This document shows positions 51,733 to 59,789 of a stretch of 64,000 nucleotides of DNA, in pieces (positions within the stretch are counted from its first letter, which is position 1; each line of letters starts with the position of its first letter). The notes beneath the pieces are model-generated. The model saw nothing but the letters and a program-made list of their open reading frames with translations. It searched no databases and was not told the DNA's origin. Origin of the DNA: Acidimicrobiia bacterium (lineage in GTDB: Bacteria > Actinomycetota > Acidimicrobiia > Spongiisociales > Spongiisociaceae); assembly GCA_009841075.1 (NCBI GenBank), contig VXMP01000080.1, positions 15,734-79,733 of the forward strand. The letters are read 5' to 3'. The position numbers were made by a program, and so were the translations under genes.

Positions 51733-51754
51733 CAAAGGCAGAACAAAGGCAGAA
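51733..51754 (+). promoter_or_regulatory. tandem 11-bp direct repeat CAAAGGCAGAA x2 ending 3 nt upstream of the DUF5131 start
   Basis: Read directly from the sequence. It lies in the 74-bp AT-richer spacer between hsdM and the DUF5131 gene. Confidence 0.4.
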
Positions 51755-51757
51755 GCT

Positions 51758-52567
51758 GTGAGCAACCAAACCGGCATCGAGTGGACCGAGACCACCTGGA
51801 ATCCAACCACCGGGCGCGATCTCATATCTCCAGGTTGCGACAACTGCTATGCCCTCACCATGGCAAAGCGCCTCCATGACATGGGTCAACCCAAGTACCA
51901 GAAGAACGGCGACCCTCGCACCAGCGGCCCCGGTTTCGGCTTGACCCTCCATCCCGACACCCTGGAAGCCCCGTACCGATGGAAGGCCCCGAAACTCATC
52001 TTCGTGAACTCGATGAGCGATCTGTTCCACCCGAAGGTCCCGCTCGACTTCATCCGTCAGGTCTTCCAGGTGATGGCTGACACCCCCCGCCACACCTACC
52101 AGGTACTCACCAAGCGCTCCAGTCGTCTCGCCACCCTCGCTCCCGAACTCGACTGGCCCGAAAACGTCTGGATGGGCGTCAGCGTGGAAAACGACCGTTA
52201 CGCCTTCCGCGTCAACCACCTCCGCACCGTCCCCGCCGCCATCCGCTTCGTCAGCGCCGAACCTCTGCTCTGTCCGTTACCCGACCTGGACCTATCGGGT
52301 ATCCACTGGGTAATAGTCGGAGGCGAAAGCGGTCCCCGCTCCCGCCCGATGCAAGAATCCTGGGCAATAGACCTAAGAGACAAATGCGCCGCTGCAGACG
52401 TAGCCTTCTTCTTCAAACAATGGGGCGGCCCCACCCCCAAGTCGAGGGGTCGCTGCCTTCAAGGAATCCGGTACAGCAACATCCCCAGGCAGCGTTCTAT
52501 AGGCCGATTTACAGGAACCGACTTTCGGCACCAGAAGCGCAAAGAGGCAGTTCTGGGAGAGCCTTGA
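51758..52567 (+). CDS. DUF5131 / phage Gp37-Gp68 family protein (three-Cys-motif family), function unknown
   Basis: Contains IEWTETTWNPTTGRDLISPGCDNCYA, IFVNSMSDLFH, VIVGGESGP and FFFKQWGG, all hallmark blocks of the family. The first motif Cys is Arg here. GTG start. Confidence 0.85.
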   Translation: MSNQTGIEWTETTWNPTTGRDLISPGCDNCYALTMAKRLHDMGQPKYQKNGDPRTSGPGFGLTLHPDTLEAPYRWKAPKLIFVNSMSDLFHPKVPLDFIRQVFQVMADTPRHTYQVLTKRSSRLATLAPELDWPENVWMGVSVENDRYAFRVNHLRTVPAAIRFVSAEPLLCPLPDLDLSGIHWVIVGGESGPRSRPMQESWAIDLRDKCAAADVAFFFKQWGGPTPKSRGRCLQGIRYSNIPRQRSIGRFTGTDFRHQKRKEAVLGEP

Positions 52568-53619
52568 GTCTGGGCGAAGCCATCACAACTGCCCGGTGCG
52601 CCCGTGGGCTGACGCAGAAGGTGCTCTCCGCTCGGCTGGGTATTACACAGGCGGCCCTGTCCAGACACGAGAACGACCTGCGGGAGCCCTCAGAGGAGAG
52701 GTTGAAGGAGATAGCCTCCGCTCTAGGAGTGACATCAGGGCTGCTTCTAAGGGCCGGAAGGATGCGTGGAGCTATAGCCGTCGGTGCACACATGCGCAGG
52801 CGGGCCACCGCTCGCCCAACCGTGTGGCGTCGCCTTGAGGCTCAGCTAAACCTTCATCGGCTGCATGCCAGGCGCATACTGGAACATGTTGACCTTTATG
52901 CCGACCTCACCATCCCCTGGTTCGATCCCTTCGCTTTCGATCCGGTGACAGCCGCCCGCCTGCTTCGGGCAGAGTGGGGCCTGCCTGTGGGTCCGGTACG
53001 TGATCTCACCGGATGGATCGAGAAGACGGGCTGTTTGATTTTTGAGAGCGACTTCGGCACCGGCCGCGTCGACGGTCTTTCGCAATGGGTCGACCCCTAT
53101 CCGGTAATCATGCTCAACTCCACGGCACCGACCGACCGGCGGCGGCTCACGCTTGCCCATGAACTGGGACATCTATGCCTACACAGCCAAGGAGTTCCGG
53201 ATGACTATGAAAGCGATGCCACTTCTTTCGCGGCGGAGTTCTTGATGCCAGCGGAAGTGATCCGTCCTCAACTTCGCAACGTCACCACCGGCCGACTCCA
53301 TGACCTCAAGCGTTACTGGGGTGTGTCCATGCAGTCTCTGATCGAGCGCGGGTTCCACCTCGGGGTGATCCCGGCCAAACAACGGACCTATCTATACAAG
53401 AGGTTTAGCGCGCTCGGCTGGCGCACCCACGAGCCGGTCAGCGATGAATTGCCACCGGAGCGTGCCCGACTGGTCTCGGACATCGGGCAGGCCATGCTGG
53501 AGCGCGGCCTAACCGCATCCGAGATCTCGGCGATCACCGGCTATGCCCCGGAGTCATCAGATAACCCGTTCCTCAACTCAGGCCCACGCCTCCGGATAGT
53601 CCGAGCCCGACCAGAATAG
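52564..53619 (+). CDS. fused XRE-family HTH / ImmA-IrrE (M78) zinc-metallopeptidase protein
   Basis: Has an N-terminal HTH (ARGLTQKVLSARLGITQAALSRHENDLREPS) and the peptidase motif LAHELGHLCLH with the downstream ..AAEFLMP. The TTG start overlaps the DUF5131 stop (TTGA). The track ORF from 52384 is read-through. Confidence 0.85.
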   Translation: MSLGEAITTARCARGLTQKVLSARLGITQAALSRHENDLREPSEERLKEIASALGVTSGLLLRAGRMRGAIAVGAHMRRRATARPTVWRRLEAQLNLHRLHARRILEHVDLYADLTIPWFDPFAFDPVTAARLLRAEWGLPVGPVRDLTGWIEKTGCLIFESDFGTGRVDGLSQWVDPYPVIMLNSTAPTDRRRLTLAHELGHLCLHSQGVPDDYESDATSFAAEFLMPAEVIRPQLRNVTTGRLHDLKRYWGVSMQSLIERGFHLGVIPAKQRTYLYKRFSALGWRTHEPVSDELPPERARLVSDIGQAMLERGLTASEISAITGYAPESSDNPFLNSGPRLRIVRARPE

Positions 53620-53663
53620 TTGGTACGGCAGGGCCCTCACCAGGCCTGAACGCCGGTAGCAGG

Positions 53664-54524
53664 CTATTGCTCGGGGACGATGTCGGCGGTGTCGGGTTCG
53701 GGGGGTTCGGATAGTTCTTCTGCGGCGGCGGTTACCTGATCGGACAAGAGGGCGAACTCGAAGGCGGCCGACTCGAAGTCCTGCAGTCCGGCTTGGCGGG
53801 TTTCGCCGGTGTCGGTGGACTGGAGCCCTTCCTGCATGGTTCGGGCCGAGGCGATCATCTCGTCTAGCGAATCCACCAAGTCTTGATGGAAGTGGTCGCT
53901 TAGGCTTGCGGGGGGATCGGTGGTATTCAGCTGCACGGGCAGCAGACCAATCTGGAATACCAGATCGTTCATATCCTGGAGGGTTTGTTCGTAATCAGTC
54001 CGGCCTCGGTCCCAGTCGTCATTGATTTGTCGCCCTCGGGTGCGGGCATCCGCTACCTCCAGGGCTATATCAGAGATCCGATCTGCGTAAAAGGTCAGAG
54101 CCTGAACCGTCTCGGTCGGGGTGGTAGCGACTGTCGAAGACGGCACCACCTCCACCGTTTGGTCACGGCTGATGAGGGTGCGAACCCCGAGTACCAGGGC
54201 GACGATCACCAGGATCACCGGCAGAACTCGGCTGATCGAGAGGGCGTTGAAAACGGATACTTCCCGTCTTCCGGACGATGGGGTTGGATCGGAGGGAGTG
54301 TCCGAATAGGTCGGGGCGGTAAAAGAACCGGAGGACCGTACCTCGTGCAGGCAGGCCGGACACCTGGTGGCACCGGTAACCCAGGATTGGCCGCAGCCAG
54401 GACAGAAGCGGGGGGTCTCGGAACCGGATCGGGGGGTGATCATCTCCTCGGTTACCGGTATCGGGTCGGCCGGGCGTAGCCTCGACCAGCGAGAACCCTC
54501 CCTCTCGCCGCCATCCGGTGGCAT
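53664..54524 (-). CDS. zinc-ribbon, single-pass membrane protein of unknown function
   Basis: Has a CPGCG..CPAC zinc ribbon, one TM segment (VLPVILVIVALVLGV) and a helical acidic C-terminal domain. The ATG at 54524 avoids the overlap with mshD that the track start at 54671 creates. Confidence 0.6.
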   Translation of the reverse strand: MPPDGGEREGSRWSRLRPADPIPVTEEMITPRSGSETPRFCPGCGQSWVTGATRCPACLHEVRSSGSFTAPTYSDTPSDPTPSSGRREVSVFNALSISRVLPVILVIVALVLGVRTLISRDQTVEVVPSSTVATTPTETVQALTFYADRISDIALEVADARTRGRQINDDWDRGRTDYEQTLQDMNDLVFQIGLLPVQLNTTDPPASLSDHFHQDLVDSLDEMIASARTMQEGLQSTDTGETRQAGLQDFESAAFEFALLSDQVTAAAEELSEPPEPDTADIVPEQ

Positions 54525-54612
54525 ATTTCGATCATCCCGACCGGCCAAAACGTAACGCTCCCGAAAGCTAAACCTGAAGGTTAGGAGAATAGTTTGTACT
54601 CTCTCTATCACC

Positions 54613-55497
54613 ATGCTATTACGACCGGCCGCCCCTAACGAACTGGGGACTCGGCTCGCCGAACTAATCATTCGGGTGGAACAGGAGCAGTCGGCCCCTC
54701 CGTTCGGCGAGGTGCTGATGTCGGCTATGCAGGATACGGCGACGAAATCACCCGGCTTCGCCTGGGAGGAAGAGGGGCGGCTCTTGTCCTACGCTTTCGC
54801 TTCTGTCAACCCGGACGGACGGGTTTGGACGCTGGAAATAGCCGACAGTTCCGGCCAAGGGGAGCGGTTTCTCGAGGCGGTAGCAGAAGGTTTGCCGACT
54901 GTCGGGATCGATGAGGCGGTGCTCTGGCTCCACACCTCGGCTATCGAACCGCCGCCTTCCTTGTTCACCCACGAACGCGACCTCTATCGGATGGGTACCG
55001 ATCTTCCCATACCGGTGGTGCCCGAACCTCTCCCAGAGGTCAAACTAACCGGATTCAACGTGGAGCGGGACGCCGAGGCGTTGATCGCGGTCAACAACCG
55101 GGCCTTCGAAGGCCACCCTGAACAGGGCAATTGGTCGAGAGACGACCTGGAACGTCGGGTTTCGTTACCTTGGTTCGACCCAGAGGGGGTTCGGATCGCC
55201 TGGTTAGACGGACGTTTGGCTGCCTTCCATTGGACCAAGATTCACGAACAATCGGAGTCGGCTGGGGAAGTGCTGGGCGAAATCTATGTGCTGGCGGTTG
55301 ACCCGGCTTTCCATCAAAGGGGGCTAGGTCGGGCAATCGCCTGGGATGGCCTGGAATATCTTTATCGGGAACGCCAGGCCAAACGAGCGATCCTGTATGT
55401 TGACGCCGCCAACCTGTCCGCAGTCAACCTTTACCGGAAACTCGGCTTCCAGGTCGAACACACCGACCGTGCCTATCGATGGAGGAAGGTCTCATGA
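54613..55497 (+). CDS. mshD: mycothiol synthase (tandem GNAT)
   Basis: Contains NNRAFEGHPEQGNWSRDDLERR..PWFDPEGV..FHWTKIH..GEIYVLAVDPAFHQRGLG, characteristic of MshD. Confidence 0.8.
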   Translation: MLLRPAAPNELGTRLAELIIRVEQEQSAPPFGEVLMSAMQDTATKSPGFAWEEEGRLLSYAFASVNPDGRVWTLEIADSSGQGERFLEAVAEGLPTVGIDEAVLWLHTSAIEPPPSLFTHERDLYRMGTDLPIPVVPEPLPEVKLTGFNVERDAEALIAVNNRAFEGHPEQGNWSRDDLERRVSLPWFDPEGVRIAWLDGRLAAFHWTKIHEQSESAGEVLGEIYVLAVDPAFHQRGLGRAIAWDGLEYLYRERQAKRAILYVDAANLSAVNLYRKLGFQVEHTDRAYRWRKVS

Positions 55498-55582
55498 TTC
55501 CTCTGTGCCCACCTTTCTGCAGGCCGATTGATTCCGGTTGCCGATGGCTTGATGATTACGATGGTTTATTCCAATCCCACCC

Positions 55583-57532
55583 TTGGATGAAAACACTTTG
55601 AGCATCGAACTTGTTCTGCCCGACGGCACCGTCACCTGCCATAAGGAGGGGGTAACCGGCCTGGCCATAGCCGGATCGATCGGCCCGCGTCTCGCCGACG
55701 CCGCGATAGCTGTATCAGTGGACGAAGAGTTGATGGACCTCAACCGCCCGATCTATTCGGGAGGACAGTTCGCGGTTATTACCCAAGGCTCCGAGTCGGG
55801 CCGAGACATTCTGCGCCATTCCGCCGCCCATGTAATGGCCCAGGCCGTACTCAACCTCTTTGAGGGGGCGACCTTCGCCATCGGGCCGGCGATAACCGAC
55901 GGTTTCTATTACGACTTCGACCTAGACCGCCCCTTTACCCCGGAAGATCTGGAGGAGATCGAAAGGGAAATGGATCGGATCATCGCCGAAGATCAACCTT
56001 TCGAGCGGGAAGAAATGTCCCGTGAGGTCGGTCTGGAGTTGTTTCGCGACCACCCGTACAAGCTGGAGATCATCCGCTCGGTGGACGACACCGAGGTGGA
56101 TTCCGGCGATATCATCTCCGTGTATCGCAACCACGAGTTCGTAGATCTATGTCGTGGGCCACATTTACCTTCAACTGGAAGGTTAAAGGCATATAAGCTA
56201 ACCCGAACTGCCGGGGCCTACTGGAGAGGCGATGAAAAGCGCCCCCAGCTCCAACGCATCTACGGAACAGCCTGGGAGTCACGGAAGGCCCTCCGCACCC
56301 ATCTGCACCGGATAGAAGAAGCTGCCCGAAGAGATCACCGCAAATTGGGTCGGGAGCTCGACCTGTTTTCCTTCCCGGAAGATCTGGGGCCTGGTCTGGT
56401 GGTGTGGCACCCCAAGGGGGGCATGCTGAGACGATTGGTCGAGGATTACAGCCGCCGAGTTCATCAGGATTTCGGCTTCGATTTCGTCTTTTCGCCCCAT
56501 CTGGCCAAGGCCGGTCTCTGGCAAACCTCCGGTCATCTGGATTTCTATGCCGAGAACATGTATCCGGCTTTGGATATGGATCAGGACGAGGAATATCGGG
56601 TCAAGCCGATGAACTGCCCCTTCCATGTCCTTATCTACCGTTCGGACGCCCGTTCCTATCGAGACCTGCCGATCCGTCTGTCCGAGCTCGGGTCGGTTTA
56701 TCGATACGAACGGTCCGGTGTGGTGCATGGCCTGCTTCGGGCTCGTGGCTTCACCCAGGACGACTCACACACCTTCTGCACCAGACAACAGCTGCCGAAC
56801 GAGCTGCAACTTCATCTTGATTTCGTGCTTCAGCTGCTGAGGGATTTCGGGTTCAAGGATTTTCGGTCCGAGTTGGCTACCCGACCCGAAGAGAAGTGGG
56901 TTGGAGAACCGGAGCTTTGGGAGCTGGCGGAGCAGAGTCTGGCCGAAGCCCTGGAAACGGCGGGAATCCCCTTGCGGATCGCTGCCGGTGAAGGGGCCTT
57001 CTACGGGCCGAAAATAGACGTACACGTGGAAGACGCCATCGGGCGGGGCTGGCAGATGTCCACCATCCAGGTGGACTTTTCCCTGCCGGAACGGTTCGGG
57101 CTCGAATATGTAACCTCGGAGGACACCAGGGAGCGTCCCGTGATGATCCACGCCGCCAAGTTCGGTTCGGTGGAACGTTTCCTCGGGGTTCTCATCGAGC
57201 ATTACGCCGGGGCTATGCCCATTTGGCTTTCCCCGGTTCAGGCCACCATCGTTCCCGTAGCCGACCGGCACGTCGAGTATGCCTTGGAGATAGCCGATCA
57301 ACTCCGTGGCGAGGGTTTAAGGGTGGAGACCACAGTTGGCCCCGGCAAGCTGGGAGAGAAGATTCGCCGGGCCATTACCCAGAAGGTTCCGGCCATTTTG
57401 GTGGTGGGCGATCAGGACGTCGAGAACGGCACGGTAGGCCTTCGACTCCGTTCACAAAAGGGGGAGAGAAGGGGAGTCCCTAGAGAAGAGGCTGTGTCAG
57501 ATCTGCTCTCTGCCGCCCAACCTCCCCACTAA
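55583..57532 (+). CDS. thrS: threonine--tRNA ligase
   Basis: Has a TGS N-terminus, the editing-domain motif HSAAHVMAQA, and class II core motifs (FRDHRKLG, MNCPFH, YRYERSG, GAFYGPKID). TTG start. Confidence 0.95.
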   Translation: MDENTLSIELVLPDGTVTCHKEGVTGLAIAGSIGPRLADAAIAVSVDEELMDLNRPIYSGGQFAVITQGSESGRDILRHSAAHVMAQAVLNLFEGATFAIGPAITDGFYYDFDLDRPFTPEDLEEIEREMDRIIAEDQPFEREEMSREVGLELFRDHPYKLEIIRSVDDTEVDSGDIISVYRNHEFVDLCRGPHLPSTGRLKAYKLTRTAGAYWRGDEKRPQLQRIYGTAWESRKALRTHLHRIEEAARRDHRKLGRELDLFSFPEDLGPGLVVWHPKGGMLRRLVEDYSRRVHQDFGFDFVFSPHLAKAGLWQTSGHLDFYAENMYPALDMDQDEEYRVKPMNCPFHVLIYRSDARSYRDLPIRLSELGSVYRYERSGVVHGLLRARGFTQDDSHTFCTRQQLPNELQLHLDFVLQLLRDFGFKDFRSELATRPEEKWVGEPELWELAEQSLAEALETAGIPLRIAAGEGAFYGPKIDVHVEDAIGRGWQMSTIQVDFSLPERFGLEYVTSEDTRERPVMIHAAKFGSVERFLGVLIEHYAGAMPIWLSPVQATIVPVADRHVEYALEIADQLRGEGLRVETTVGPGKLGEKIRRAITQKVPAILVVGDQDVENGTVGLRLRSQKGERRGVPREEAVSDLLSAAQPPH

Positions 57533-57566
57533 ATCAGTGAACCTGAGGTTCGTGGTAAAGCCTCTA

Positions 57567-57972
57567 TAACCTGGGAAAACACTAACAAGAACGCGAAAAT
57601 CGGCCCATCTCACCCGGCTACGCCGGGCCCCAGCCCCCGCCACCGCCGCCGAAGAAGGAGCGTGGTGAGCCATGCCCGGACTGAAGCCGGGAGACTACTG
57701 TTTGGCTTTCGCTCCATTGAATGTTCCCAAAATTGCCGGGGATCCGATCGGGATACCTACCTCTTACCCGGCCTTCGGTGCTTGGCAACCCCCTACGTAT
57801 CATGACTTTTCAAAAAGGTCAACCCCTAATTTTGGGAACGCGAAAAAAATCCCCCAAGCACCTTAGGCCAACTAAATCAAGGCCTCGTGCACTTCGGTTG
57901 GAGTACCCCGCAAGACCCGGTTGGAACAGGATCATCAAGACAAACCGGAGGCTTTCCCCCCCCGAACGAGTC
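57567..57972 (+). repeat. copy 2 of the ~400 bp non-coding interspersed element
   Basis: It is co-linear with 28516-28925. GAACGCGAAAA occurs at 57589 and at 57836. It lies in the convergent spacer between thrS and a minus-strand membrane-protein gene. Confidence 0.85.
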
Positions 57973-58006
57973 TCTCCGAACCAATTTAGAGGTTTCTGTC
58001 GCTCCT

Positions 58007-58495
58007 TTAAATCTGGTCGGAGGGTGGTTCGATCTGTTCGGTGTAGACCTCGTCGATGGGTTGGCCGGTAACGGCGTCCAGTCGGACCAGGGTGCGGGAC
58101 CTGGGCGGATTCTCGGCCGAATAGAGGATCACGTTCCAGGCCGGACGGGAAGATAGGCCCTCGAACCCGAGGGCTGCAGAAGCATGGCCCACCGGAGCCT
58201 CCGACTGCACCGCCGCCGCTATCAAGGCCTCTTCCTGCTGGACAACCAGAGGCCAGGACGTCATGAAATGCAGATAGGAGAGCAGAAAAAACCCGGCCCC
58301 TACCCACAGTAGGCCTCCGCCCAGGTTGGCCAGGGCACCGAGCACCGCCAGAATCCCCCCGACCAGGTAGATGCGCGATCCGATCATACGCCTGGTAGGT
58401 GAGGGGAACCTATAGGGGCCGATCTGGCTGGAGTCGAGGTCGTCCGGAACTCCTGCCTGTTGTGCTACCTCATCCGGGATGCGGATCCCGTCCAT
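58007..58495 (-). CDS. hypothetical membrane protein (two TM segments)
   Basis: 162 aa. Its start overlaps the citrate synthase stop. Confidence 0.55.
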   Translation of the reverse strand: MDGIRIPDEVAQQAGVPDDLDSSQIGPYRFPSPTRRMIGSRIYLVGGILAVLGALANLGGGLLWVGAGFFLLSYLHFMTSWPLVVQQEEALIAAAVQSEAPVGHASAALGFEGLSSRPAWNVILYSAENPPRSRTLVRLDAVTGQPIDEVYTEQIEPPSDQI

Positions 58496-59769
58496 CAGCG
58501 GTCGGATCGGGTCGGAAAATCCCGCTTCGGATATCCGGTATAAAGCTGACGGGGACGCTTTATAGGGGCGTTTGATTCCCGCATCATTTCCCTGAGCTGC
58601 GACAGCCAGCCGGGGAGCCGGCCCAAGGCAAACAGCACCGTAAACATCTCGGTCGGGAAACCCATCGCCTGATAGATGATGCCCGAGTAATAATCCACGT
58701 TGGGATAGATGCGTCTGGAAACAAAGAAGTCGTCCGCCAACGCCTCCTTCTCCAGCCTCATAGCCAGGTCAAACAGTCGGCTGCTGTTCTTGTCCACCAT
58801 ATCCCTGGCGTAACGCTTGATGATCAGGGCCCTGGGGTCAACGTTTTTATACACCCGATGCCCGAAACCCATCAGCCGGAACGGATCCTCCCGATCCTTG
58901 GCCCTATCCATGAACAGACGGGTGTTACCTCCGGCCGCCAGGATTTCCTCCAACATCTCGATAACCCTCTGGTTGGCACCGCCATGCAGCGGGCCCGACA
59001 AGGCCAGAACGCCCGCGCAAATCGACGAGTAGACGTCTGTCCGACCGGACCCCACCAGCCGAACCGCCGAGGTGGAAAGGTTCTGACCATGATCGGCATG
59101 GAGGATGAGCAGGGCTTCCATGGCTTTGATATGGGCTTCGGTAGGCCGATAATCGCCCTGGCCGGGGTGGAAGGTCATGTTTAAGAAGTTGGCCACGTAA
59201 CCAAGATCGGGGTCGGGTTTTATATAGACCTGATCGTGGCCGCTTCGGTAGGACCAGGCCACCAGCGTGGGCATCATGGCTATCAACCGGATGAAGTCAG
59301 AAACGTAGGCTTCCGACCCTTTCGGCCGATCCGATCGGGAAGAGCCCAAAAGGGTAACCGACACCGCCAATTTCTGCATCGGATGGGTCCCGTCCGGAAC
59401 ACTTTCCAGCACCTTTTCAAACCCTTTAGGCAGGGCGCAGTGCTCTGAAACCCGATTACGGAAATAATCCAGCTCTTCGTCGGTGGGAAGCTCGGCGTTG
59501 TCAAGCAGGTAGGCCACCTCAAGAAAAGAGGAATGGTCCACCAGCTGATCGACCGGATAGCCCCGATAGCGCAGAACTCCCGCTTCGCCGTCTATGAAGG
59601 TCACCGAGCTGGTCGTTTCGGCGGTGTTGGCGTAGCCCGGATCCAGGGTAACCAACCCGGTGGCCGCCCTAAGGCCCTGTATGTCTATCGCCTGCTGTTT
59701 ATCGGTTCCCGAAGCTACCGGTAGATCGATAACCTCCTCTTCGTCTAAGCGAAGGGCAGCCTTCTCCAT
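58495..59769 (-). CDS. gltA: citrate synthase
   Basis: Contains LILHADHGQN, GPLHGGAN and GFGHRVYKNVDPRA. Confidence 0.95.
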   Translation of the reverse strand: MEKAALRLDEEEVIDLPVASGTDKQQAIDIQGLRAATGLVTLDPGYANTAETTSSVTFIDGEAGVLRYRGYPVDQLVDHSSFLEVAYLLDNAELPTDEELDYFRNRVSEHCALPKGFEKVLESVPDGTHPMQKLAVSVTLLGSSRSDRPKGSEAYVSDFIRLIAMMPTLVAWSYRSGHDQVYIKPDPDLGYVANFLNMTFHPGQGDYRPTEAHIKAMEALLILHADHGQNLSTSAVRLVGSGRTDVYSSICAGVLALSGPLHGGANQRVIEMLEEILAAGGNTRLFMDRAKDREDPFRLMGFGHRVYKNVDPRALIIKRYARDMVDKNSSRLFDLAMRLEKEALADDFFVSRRIYPNVDYYSGIIYQAMGFPTEMFTVLFALGRLPGWLSQLREMMRESNAPIKRPRQLYTGYPKRDFPTRSDR

Positions 59770-59789
59770 AGTCGGGCCCTTTTCCCCTC

